Source: Candidatus Hydrogenedentota bacterium (GTDB lineage: Bacteria > Hydrogenedentota > Hydrogenedentia > Hydrogenedentales > SLHB01). From it: a DNA stretch of 29,284 nucleotides. Below, piece after piece: positions 1 to 15,933 of this stretch. Under the pieces are notes generated by a model. That model was given only the letters and a program-made list of their open reading frames with translations. It was not told the DNA's origin and made no database searches. The stretch is from the NCBI GenBank assembly GCA_029974275.1, contig JARKSN010000267.1:1-29284 (forward strand). The letters are read 5' to 3'. Made by a program: the position numbers and the translations under genes. How positions within the stretch are numbered: the first letter of the stretch is position 1; every line of letters starts with the position of its first letter.

Positions 1-1367
1 TCGCCCATGCCGGCGATGATCGTCTGCCCGGTCTCTTCATCCTGCCGCACGCGGAACGTCGGGTCCTCATCCGAAAGCTTCGTCAGCGCATCCGACAGCT
101 TGTCTTGGTCGGCTTTCGTCTTCGGTTCGATGGCGATATGCACCACCGGATCCGGAAACTCGACCGACATCAACGTGATCGGTTTCTTCGGGTCGCACAG
201 CGTGTCGCCGGTCGTCGCGTTCTTGGCGCCAATCACGGCGCCAATGTCGCCCGCGCGCAATTCCGTCAAGTCCCTGCGCTCGTCCGCGTGCATTTCCAGC
301 AAGCGGCCCAGCCGTTCCTTGCGGCCCGTGCGCGTATTCAAGACCATGTCGCCCGAGTTGATCACCCCGGAGTACACCCGCACAAACGTCAGGCGTCCCA
401 CGTGGGGATCGGTCAAAATCTTGAACGCCAAGGCCGAAAACGGCGCCTCGTCGCTCGCCCTGCGCTCTACCCGTTTCTCGGGGTCGTCCGGGTCGGTCCC
501 GGCAATGTCCGGGATGTCCAACGGCGACGGCAAGAAGTCGATCACCGCATCGAGCAACGGCTGCACGCCTTTGTTGCGGAGGGCCGTGCCGCACAGGACC
601 GGAGTCAATTGGTTCGCGATCGTCCCCTTGCGCAGCGCCGCGATAATCTCCTCTTCGGAGATTGGCTCTTCATGGATGTATTTTTCCATGACGGCGTCAT
701 CCGCCTCGGCTGCGGCTTCGACGATGTCGTGCCGCATCAGTTCGGCGTGCTCGCGCAGGTTTTCGGGCACTTCGCCAATCACCAGCTCCGCGTCGACGCC
801 TTTCTCTTCCCATCGGATGCTCTTCATCCGGATGAGGTCGATGACGCCTGCGTACGCATCTTCTTGCCCGATGGGCAATTGGATCGGCACCGCCGTGACG
901 CCCAGTCGATCGCGCATGCTGGCAATCGCCCGGTCGAAGTCCGCGCCAATCCGGTCCATCTTGTTGATGAAGGCCAGGCGCGGCACGCCGTAGTGGGTCG
1001 CTTGGCGCCAGACCGTCTCGGATTGGGGCTGAACGCCCGCCACCGCGCAGAACACCGCCACCGCACCGTCCAGCACGCGCAGACTTCGCTCGACTTCCGC
1101 CGTGAAATCCACGTGGCCTGGCGTGTCGATGATGTTGATGCGGTGCTGTTTCCACTCGGCCGCCGTAGCCGCCGAGGTGATGGTGATGCCGCGCTCGCGC
1201 TCTTGTTCCATGTAGTCCATGGTCGCGGTGCCTTCGTGGACTTCGCCCACGCGGTGCAACCGGCCCGTGTAATACAGGATGCGTTCGGTCACCGTCGTCT
1301 TGCCGGCGTCGATGTGCGCCATGATGCCGATATTGCGCGTCTGTTCAAGGGGGTATCGCCGTGCCAC
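1..1367 (-). CDS. fusA: Elongation factor G, 5' part (3' end runs off the window)
   Basis: Manual translation from GTG at 1367 (SD-like AAGGA at 1376-1380) gives [35 protein letters not shown]...RGITI...DTPGHVDF...NKMD, the G-domain motifs. It follows rpsG as in the str operon. Absent from the ORF track because it has no stop in the window. Confidence 0.97.
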   Translation of the reverse strand, partial: MARRYPLEQTRNIGIMAHIDAGKTTVTERILYYTGRLHRVGEVHEGTATMDYMEQERERGITITSAATAAEWKQHRINIIDTPGHVDFTAEVERSLRVLDGAVAVFCAVAGVQPQSETVWRQATHYGVPRLAFINKMDRIGADFDRAIASMRDRLGVTAVPIQLPIGQEDAYAGVIDLIRMKSIRWEEKGVDAELVIGEVPENLREHAELMRHDIVEAAAEADDAVMEKYIHEEPISEEEIIAALRKGTIANQLTPVLCGTALRNKGVQPLLDAVIDFLPSPLDIPDIAGTDPDDPEKRVERRASDEAPFSALAFKILTDPHVGRLTFVRVYSGVINSGDMVLNTRTGRKERLGRLLEMHADERRDLTELRAGDIGAVIGAKNATTGDTLCDPKKPITLMSVEFPDPVVHIAIEPKTKADQDKLSDALTKLSDEDPTFRVRQDEETGQTIIAGMG

Positions 1368-1380
1368 GAGCTCAGTCCTT

Positions 1381-1463
1381 TCGACGCGGATTACAGAATG
1401 GCAGACTGCATACGCGCTGCTGCGCCTATGCGTCGTGCCCATTCCCTATGTTCCGCGTTTCGA
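1381..1463 (-). promoter_or_regulatory. Long imperfect hairpin in the rpsG-fusA spacer, abutting the fusA RBS
   Basis: Nested complementary arms read on the mRNA: ACGCGGA/TCCGCGT, ACA/TGT, GAATGG/CCATTC, GAC/GTC, GCATA/TATGC, GCGC/GCGC, loop AGCA. Function is inferred, not shown. Confidence 0.55.
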
Positions 1464-1602
1464 TTCATGCTTCGTGATTGATCCGTGCGAGTCCCGTCTT
1501 GACTTAATCCCGCTCAGATTCAATTGTCCTGTATTGAGCTCCCTTCGCCCGGTGGGCGCGAAGGGCTGTCTCCGTATTGCTGCGTCGTCTACATGCCCGC
1601 CG

Positions 1603-2076
1603 TTAGTAGCGCAAGTGTGCAAAGGCCTTGTTGGCCTCGGCCATGCGATGCGTGTCCTCGCGGCGCTTGATCGTATTGCCTTGCTTGTTGAAACAGTCCA
1701 TCAGCTCCGCCGCCAAGCGTTCGGCCATCGTCTTCTCGCCGCGTTTGCGGGAGAATTCGATGATCCAGCGGAACGCAAGCGCTGTCCGGGTGGCCGGGGC
1801 GATTTCGACCGGCACCTGGTAGGTCGCGCCGCCCACGCGCCGCGATTTCACCTGCAAGATCGGCTTGGCGTTGTCGAGCGCCGTCTCGAAGACTTTGATC
1901 GGGTCTTCCTTCGGCAGCTTGGTCTTGATCAGGGACAGGGCGCCGTACACTATGGATTCCGATACGCTCTTTTTGCCGCAGACCATCACGGTGTTGACGA
2001 ATTTCGTCAGGATCGTGCTGTGGTATTTGGGGTCCGGCAGCGGCATGCGCTTCGGAACTTCGCGTCGTCTTGGCAT
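1603..2076 (-). CDS. rpsG: 30S ribosomal protein S7
   Basis: MPRRR...PDPKY...[16 protein letters not shown]...[12 protein letters not shown]; lies between rpsL and fusA. Confidence 0.99.
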   Translation of the reverse strand: MPRRREVPKRMPLPDPKYHSTILTKFVNTVMVCGKKSVSESIVYGALSLIKTKLPKEDPIKVFETALDNAKPILQVKSRRVGGATYQVPVEIAPATRTALAFRWIIEFSRKRGEKTMAERLAAELMDCFNKQGNTIKRREDTHRMAEANKAFAHLRY

Positions 2077-2103
2077 CTTCCTACGTGCTCCCGATGTCCT
2101 GCG

Positions 2104-2526
2104 TTATTGCTTGGGCCGCTTCACGCCGTATTTCGACCGGCTGACCCAGCGCCCTGTATGCACTTTCTTTCCGCCTTCGTCCTTGGTGCCCGCCTGGCCG
2201 CCGATATCGCCGTTGGCGTCCAAGACGCCGCGGATCAGGTGGTACCGGACGCCCGGGAGGTCCTTCACGCGGCCGCCGCGCACCATCACCTGCGAGTGTT
2301 CCTGCAGGTTATGGCCAATGCCCGGGATGTACACCGTCACTTCGATCCCGTTCTTAAGGCGCACGCGGGCCACCTTGCGCAGGGCCGAGTTCGGTTTTTT
2401 CGGAGTCATCGTAAACACACGGGTGCAGGTCCCCGACGCCTGAGGACAGGCTTTGAGGGCCGGCGATTTCGTCTTCGAAAGCTGCTTGGCTCGGCAGTTC
2501 CGAATCAGTTGGTTCACGGTTGGCAA
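2104..2526 (-). CDS. rpsL: 30S ribosomal protein S12 (140 aa, with C-terminal-region insertion)
   Basis: MPTVNQL...[11 protein letters not shown]...GHNLQEHS...[12 protein letters not shown]...RSKYG; TTG start preceded by AAGGGAG. Confidence 0.99.
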   Translation of the reverse strand: MPTVNQLIRNCRAKQLSKTKSPALKACPQASGTCTRVFTMTPKKPNSALRKVARVRLKNGIEVTVYIPGIGHNLQEHSQVMVRGGRVKDLPGVRYHLIRGVLDANGDIGGQAGTKDEGGKKVHTGRWVSRSKYGVKRPKQ

Positions 2527-2677
2527 CGTTTTCTCCCTTCTTCACGCCCACGTCACGCTTGGCCGCCCCGCGCGGAATAGGCGAGGCTGCCCCCCCGACG
2601 GTCTCGGGAACGGAAGGCGAACCTCCCTCGGGCCCGACTGTATGAGGTCTATACCTCCCCTCAAACAGCGGCTGGAA

Positions 2678-2707
2678 AGAATAGCACAGAAACGGATCGC
2701 CTGTCAA
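2678..2707 (-). promoter_or_regulatory. Putative sigma70 promoter for rpsL-rpsG-fusA
   Basis: Minus strand TTGACA (2707-2702), 18-nt spacer, TATTCT (2683-2678) with an extended -10 TG; located in the rpoC-rpsL spacer. Confidence 0.7.
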
Positions 2708-2739
2708 GCATTACGTTTCCCGCCGCTATCCGGCCGCCG

Positions 2740-6858
<4,119 letters not shown>

Positions 6859-6861
6859 GGG

Positions 6862-10734
<3,873 letters not shown>

Positions 10735-10891
10735 GCCCTAATTCCCTTCTGTTGCCTGGGGCCGCCACGTCATCGATTCGGCCTTGCGGACATACCCATA
10801 CGCCGCAATAACCGCATCGCTTCACATCCTCTCCAGGATACGCGTGGTTTCATCTGCCCCGACTAGGTCCGCACTCAGGTCCAAGACATGC

Positions 10892-10924
10892 AAAATAGGC
10901 TGTGAAACCCATACCTTCACAGCC
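10892..10924 (-). terminator. Intrinsic-terminator-like hairpin inside the rpoB leader (candidate attenuator)
   Basis: mRNA GGCUGUGAA-GGUAUGGGU-UUCACAGCC (9-bp perfect stem) followed by UAUUUUG, between the predicted promoter and the rpoB ATG. Confidence 0.6.
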
Positions 10925-11060
10925 CCTTCACCGCGTCACGCCATCAAACCCCTCATGCGCTTCGCTGCGCGCCCAGACTGCAGACGGAAAAGCCTCTTTC
11001 GGCAAACGCTGGGCCGCCTCCGAAAGGACGTAGCTCTCCCTTCTCAAAACGTGAAGAGTG

Positions 11061-11089
11061 AGGATAGCAACTCCTATGCCCGATGTCAA
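11061..11089 (-). promoter_or_regulatory. Putative sigma70 promoter for rpoBC
   Basis: Minus strand TTGACA (11089-11084), 17-nt spacer, TATCCT (11066-11061) with an extended -10 TG. Confidence 0.75.
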
Positions 11090-11198
11090 GCGGAAAATCA
11101 ATGCAGAAACAGGAAGCCGCCGGCACCCCCCCAATCCGGCGTCCCTCATGTTTCAAGCCGCATGCTTTCGGCGCCTTTCCGGGGCGGCAGCGTGCGGA

Positions 11199-12722
11199 TC
11201 ACTGGCCGCGCGCGATATTCCCGTTAAGCAGGACTATCGGAACAAGCATGACGGCGGACCGGCCCGGCAGCGTAATTTCCACCGCCAGTCGCGCCGTCAT
11301 TTCCGTGAACCGCTTCGCGCGCAGCGTAAACGAAATCCGGCGGACATTCACCCACGGCAACGGCTTCACCACGACAACCCCCTCCCGGCCGGGATTGATC
11401 TCCCAGTCCTCCGAGGCCAGCCATCGCACGTTCAGGCTCGCCGCAATCTTGTAGGTGTTCGTGATGGTCACATGCAGGCATTTCGGAACGCCGTCCGAAA
11501 CGGTCGGATCGTCGCCATAGTCAACCGCCACGGTGAAGAAATCGAAACGGAACACGTTGGCCGTCAGATTGGCATACAAGGCGTCACGCTCCTGCGCCGT
11601 GCACGCCATCGAGGGCGCCGACGACGACGCGCCCCCCTCAGGGTCGTCGAAAACAGCCATTCCCGCGCGCGCCAGCGTCTGCCGGGCGATCCGCTCCGTC
11701 CGCTCGCTCAACTCATCCACGGTTTGTGGAATCTGATTGCCAAAATAGCCCAGTTCGCCCAAATTCAGGCATGCCGTCACCACCTTGCGTCCGATCGGAT
11801 CTGTCCAGCGCGCGGGAATGGCGGAAGCTCCATGAAGAATGCCCATGATGGAGCCGACCGTCGCGGCGGTGCAATCGGTGTCCTCGCCGCAATTCACCGC
11901 CGAACACACGGTTTTGCCAAAATCGCCCTCTCCATACAACAGCGCCAGTACGACAATGCCAATGTTTGACGGCGCGTCCCAACCCAGAACCCCTTCATGA
12001 AATCCCTTCTTCTGATCTTCCTCGCATGTGCACCAAAGCTGCCCCATCGCCGTGCTGCCGCGGAAATCCTTCAACAACGAATCCCGGGCCTCGCGCAGGC
12101 TTCGATTTGCCGCGTAGGAGGCCATCGCGTTGTGCACCGCCCCCGCGACGCCGCACGCCTCGGGAATATAGGACAGGCCTATGGGAATCAGTTGATGAAT
12201 GTCTTTAACGACAAACGCGGCGCTTTCGAGGGCTGCACAAAACACTTCCGCATACGTTCCCTCGCCGTCCCCGTGATCGAGAATGGCGTCTTGGCAGGCG
12301 TACCCGGCTGCAAGCGCGGGGAGGCCCGGCGCGATGCAAGCCCATATCTCCGATCGGATGAACGCGCCGCAACTATGCTTGTAGGGATTCTCATATATTC
12401 CCGACCATGGCGGCAGAAGGCCCATCCGAAGATTTATTTTCGCATTTCCGTATTCGGCCCAATGCGGCGTCACATACAATAGCCAATATTCGGCCAAGGT
12501 ATGCGCGTCGATGGCCACGCCCTTTTCCTCCAAAGCCACGAGCCATAGCAATTGAATGTCCAAATCGTCATTCGGCGCGGAAACGCCGTGGAGCGGCTGC
12601 GCGTAAAACTCGATGTCATGGGCCTCCCGGCGCCATTCAAACGGAGCGCCCAGGGTTCCGCCGACGCTTTTGCCCATCCAGCATCCCGACACGCTATCCC
12701 GGTACTGCTTCAGCGAAATCAT
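11199..12722 (-). CDS. ADP-ribosylglycohydrolase (DraG/ARH) family protein with C-terminal beta-rich extension, 507 aa
   Basis: GCWMGKSVGGTLGAPFE, NDDLDIQ, GAFIRSE, AVNCGEDTDCTAATVGSIMG: the acidic metal-binding motifs typical of the ARH fold. Start placed at ATG 12722, which follows GGAGGGGG, instead of 12869. Confidence 0.85.
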   Translation of the reverse strand: MISLKQYRDSVSGCWMGKSVGGTLGAPFEWRREAHDIEFYAQPLHGVSAPNDDLDIQLLWLVALEEKGVAIDAHTLAEYWLLYVTPHWAEYGNAKINLRMGLLPPWSGIYENPYKHSCGAFIRSEIWACIAPGLPALAAGYACQDAILDHGDGEGTYAEVFCAALESAAFVVKDIHQLIPIGLSYIPEACGVAGAVHNAMASYAANRSLREARDSLLKDFRGSTAMGQLWCTCEEDQKKGFHEGVLGWDAPSNIGIVVLALLYGEGDFGKTVCSAVNCGEDTDCTAATVGSIMGILHGASAIPARWTDPIGRKVVTACLNLGELGYFGNQIPQTVDELSERTERIARQTLARAGMAVFDDPEGGASSSAPSMACTAQERDALYANLTANVFRFDFFTVAVDYGDDPTVSDGVPKCLHVTITNTYKIAASLNVRWLASEDWEINPGREGVVVVKPLPWVNVRRISFTLRAKRFTEMTARLAVEITLPGRSAVMLVPIVLLNGNIARGQ

Positions 12723-12913
12723 CGTTTCCCCCTCCTCGCGACTTCCTCCTGCATACGCGGCAACCTGGCTATTGCCCGATGCGCACGATATCCTTTGCGA
12801 CAGGCTTTTTCCAATCTCGCACCCGCGGCCTGCCTCCCCGGTCACGCGAACATTGATGCCTATGCCCATGCGTCATTTGCGTGGCGTTTCAATGCGATGG
12901 CGCGCTGCTCGCA

Positions 12914-12946
12914 CACATCGCGCATGATCGAACGCCGCGCGATGTG
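12914..12946. promoter_or_regulatory. 10-bp perfect inverted repeat overlapping a possible extended -10 in the divergent intergenic region
   Basis: CACATCGCGC-N13-GCGCGATGTG, running into TG-G-TATCGT (12945-12953) upstream of the 13001 ATG. Confidence 0.35.
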
Positions 12947-13000
12947 GTATCGTGAGGCCGGACCGCGACAGGGGGAAAGGCGCGACAGGGAAGGAGAGCC

Positions 13001-15361
13001 ATGTCAGACGAAGAACCAGTCGTCCGTCGAACAGCCATACAATTCTCGGCTCCGGAGTCGGCGCGCCGCAGACCGTCGCGTTCGTCCTCAACGTTGGCAA
13101 TCACCTTTCTGCTGGGTTTCGCAATCGGTTTCACGACGGCATGGGTGCTGCGCGAGGCTTCTTTGCGCAACGCCGACGCCCCCCCAAGCGAACGCGCGTC
13201 TTCGGATGCGTCCGTGCCGGGTTTGCCCGCGAAGCCCTCTGCCGGCCCGCTTGCTCCGACGCCTGCGCCCGTCGCCTCGGAAACCGGCAAGACGGAAACC
13301 AACGTCTTGACGCAGGACCAGATCGCCGCGGCGACGAAAGGGTTCGCGGCGGCGGGAGAGACGTGGCCAGGACGGCATGTGTTTCTTACGATCTCCGGAA
13401 CCTCTCTCGATAACGCCACGCACGCGCTCCTCAAAGAAGTGAAGCCCGGCGGCGTCCTCCTGCGCTCTGAAAACATCGCATCCCGCGAGCAGGCCGCCGC
13501 TCTGATCCACGAGATCAAGCGCGCTGTAGGTTTGGGCGCGACCATATCCGACTTGCCCCTCATCGCCGTCGAGCAGGAAGGCGGCCGGATGAATCCCTTG
13601 CTTGTGCCGAACGCGCCTTCCGCCGCTGAACTCGGCGCAACGCGCAATGTGGAAGAGGCCTATCGCGTCGGCCGTTCTTACGCCGCGGCATGCGTCGCCA
13701 CGGGCGCGGTCGTGTTATTGGCCCCCGTACTGGACATGGCACAGCCCGACGGCAACCCTGAGTTGACGGGGCGCTGTTTGAGCGATGACAGCCGGATCGT
13801 CACGGCCATGGGAATCGCCTTCGCGCAGGGAGCCATGGCGGAGGGCGTTCTTCCCGTCGCCAAGCATTACCCCGGCATTGGTTCGGTGAAACCCGCCTCG
13901 AACAAAGAGCCCGCCGCCCTCAAACACGCCATCTCGGGCATAGCCCAAGCCATGTACCCCTTCTCGGAAGCCGTCAACAACGGTTTGCCGGGCGTGCTGG
14001 CGGCCCCCGTCGCCGTTCCCGCCATGGATAAAGAACGGCCCAATCGTCCCGCCCCCCAATCCTCCAAGCTCATTCGGGACATCATCCGCGATTTGTGGCG
14101 CTTCCAAGGCGTGATCATCGCCGATAACGCCACGCCGCAAACCGCTGCGGAGGCGCTCGCCGCCGGATGCGACGCCGTCCTATGCCTGGACCCAAGCGCC
14201 GCGACAATACGCGAGGTATGTCAAGCCATCGAAGACAACGCCCGGGCCAACGCCGCATTGCGCATAAATCTGGCCGACAGCGCCGCCCGCTTGGATGCGT
14301 GGCCGACGTGGCTAAACCATCCAACCACCCCCGAAAGGGCCCCGTTGCCGCTATTGCAACAGATGGTCGACAGCGCCGCAACCGCCGCGCCGGCAACCGC
14401 TTCCTCGGCTCCGGAGCCGTCCGAGGAAACACAAACCGCCCCCGCCGCGTCTGCGGAAACCGCCGCGTACATCGTCCAAAAAGGCGATTCGATCTCACGT
14501 ATCGCCGCCAAACACGGCGTGAGCGCACGTCACCTGATGGCCTGGAATCATCTCGACGACGGAGCCATACGGCCCGGACAGACCCTGATTGTCCAGCGTC
14601 CTGCAGCCCCCGGCTCCACTGCCGCCGGATCGGTCGCCATCGAAGAGTCCGCCCCGCCCGAGCCCACGGAGACATCCGCCCCCGCACCCGTCGAATCCGT
14701 CGCCGAACCGCCTCCTCCCCTTCCCGCGGAAAGTCCGACGGCGCCCGAAGAAAAATCCGCTCCGGAGCCGGAGGCGCCCGCTCCGGCCGCCGCTCCGGCC
14801 GCCGCGCCGGCCGCCGCCCCCCCCTCCGCGTCGGCCACGCCGGAACCGACGGCTTCATCCGAAACAACCGTCTCCGAGCCTGCTCCTGCCGCGCCGCCCG
14901 CGCCGAAAGAGCCTGCCCCAAACAAAGCGAAAGCCGAAGCGCCGCAGCCCCCCAATACGACCGTTGTGCGGCACAAAGTCGAGGAAGGCGAAACGTTGTG
15001 GCGCATCGCCCGCAAATACGGCGTAGCGCCCGACGCGTTGCGCACATGGAACAACATGAACAGCGATATCGTCAAGGTTGGTCAAACCCTGAAAATTTAC
15101 GCTACCAAGGACGATGCCGCGCCGGAAAGCGCGAAGTCGAACGAAGAAAACAGCGTTCCTCCGAACTCCGAGCGCGTGGAACACGTCATCGAGCGCGGCG
15201 AAACGATCGACGCCATCGCGCACCGCTATGGCGTGCGCCGAAAAGAAATCGCCATGTGGAATCGCCTTGAAAACGACTCGATCAAATTCGGACGGAAACT
15301 TGTCATCTACCTTCCGAAATCTACCGATCCTGACGCGGTTGCGGAATCCCTGGAAGAATGA
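13001..15361 (+). CDS. Membrane-anchored GH3 (NagZ-like) N-terminal-domain protein with three LysM domains and a Pro/Ala-rich linker
   Basis: Hydrophobic segment LAITFLLGFAIGFTTAWVL; GH3 motifs PGGVLL, LIAVEQEGGR, LAPVLD, AKHYPGIG, FQGVIIAD; LysM repeats YIVQKGDSISRIA, HKVEEGETLWRIA, HVIERGETIDAIA; SD AAGGAG. Confidence 0.88.
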   Translation: MSDEEPVVRRTAIQFSAPESARRRPSRSSSTLAITFLLGFAIGFTTAWVLREASLRNADAPPSERASSDASVPGLPAKPSAGPLAPTPAPVASETGKTETNVLTQDQIAAATKGFAAAGETWPGRHVFLTISGTSLDNATHALLKEVKPGGVLLRSENIASREQAAALIHEIKRAVGLGATISDLPLIAVEQEGGRMNPLLVPNAPSAAELGATRNVEEAYRVGRSYAAACVATGAVVLLAPVLDMAQPDGNPELTGRCLSDDSRIVTAMGIAFAQGAMAEGVLPVAKHYPGIGSVKPASNKEPAALKHAISGIAQAMYPFSEAVNNGLPGVLAAPVAVPAMDKERPNRPAPQSSKLIRDIIRDLWRFQGVIIADNATPQTAAEALAAGCDAVLCLDPSAATIREVCQAIEDNARANAALRINLADSAARLDAWPTWLNHPTTPERAPLPLLQQMVDSAATAAPATASSAPEPSEETQTAPAASAETAAYIVQKGDSISRIAAKHGVSARHLMAWNHLDDGAIRPGQTLIVQRPAAPGSTAAGSVAIEESAPPEPTETSAPAPVESVAEPPPPLPAESPTAPEEKSAPEPEAPAPAAAPAAAPAAAPPSASATPEPTASSETTVSEPAPAAPPAPKEPAPNKAKAEAPQPPNTTVVRHKVEEGETLWRIARKYGVAPDALRTWNNMNSDIVKVGQTLKIYATKDDAAPESAKSNEENSVPPNSERVEHVIERGETIDAIAHRYGVRRKEIAMWNRLENDSIKFGRKLVIYLPKSTDPDAVAESLEE
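14780..14815 (+). repeat. 12-bp in-frame tandem repeat x3 encoding (APAA)3
   Basis: GCTCCGGCCGCC GCTCCGGCCGCC GCGCCGGCCGCC in the linker between LysM1 and LysM2. Confidence 0.8.
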
Positions 15362-15449
15362 CGCATCCATCGCGCGCAGGGGCGCTCGGTCGGCGCAGAC
15401 GCATGGATCGCAGCAAAAAATGCGGCGGACAACCCTGAAAGGCGGCCCT

Positions 15450-15887
15450 ATGGAGCGCGTAGCGCAAATAATCCTTCGACGAAACACCACGGGCGTCGAC
15501 TGGGAAGAAGTCGCCCGGTTGTTCGACGCCGTGGGGTGGTCCCGACGCGATCCGGACCGGTTGGCGCGGGCCTTTGCGCGCAGTCTTCATGTCCGCTTCG
15601 CCTTTCACGACAACGAACTCGCCGGGTTCGCCCGGGCGGTCTCGGACGGCGAATACTACGCGACCCTTCACGACATCGTTGTGGCGCCGAGGTTTCAAGG
15701 GCAAGGCATTGGGCGCCGGCTCGTCGAGAGCATCTTGGAAAACTGCCAGGGACATCATTTCGTCACCGCCACCGCCGCGCCCGGGCGGGAAGGATTCTAC
15801 GCCTCGCTGGGATTCAGCAAACAGAAAACCGCCTGGACGCTCATGGACGACTCGGACTCCCCTGCCGCGTCCGCCTACATCGAATAG
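15450..15887 (+). CDS. GNAT family N-acetyltransferase, 145 aa
   Basis: GFARAVSDG...DIVVAPRFQGQGIGRRL (acetyl-CoA motif A)...FYASLGF. Start placed at ATG 15450 because the longer ORF overlaps the upstream gene. Confidence 0.88.
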   Translation: MERVAQIILRRNTTGVDWEEVARLFDAVGWSRRDPDRLARAFARSLHVRFAFHDNELAGFARAVSDGEYYATLHDIVVAPRFQGQGIGRRLVESILENCQGHHFVTATAAPGREGFYASLGFSKQKTAWTLMDDSDSPAASAYIE

Positions 15888-15933
15888 CCTCGCTGCATCC
15901 TCCAAACGGGCGGCGGGAAGGAAGATCGCTCGT

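Noticed and set aside
7..2580. Plus-strand ORFs of 328, 458 and 433 aa
   Set aside because: Antisense to fusA, rpsG and rpsL, which fully explain the region.
10928..11156. Small minus-strand ORFs (73 and 67 aa) upstream of rpoB as leader peptides or an rplL remnant
   Set aside because: They start upstream of and run through the predicted promoter, and show no similarity to L7/L12.
12723..12869. 49-aa N-terminal extension of the ARH protein in the ORF track
   Set aside because: A strong SD precedes ATG 12722, and family-like sequence begins there.
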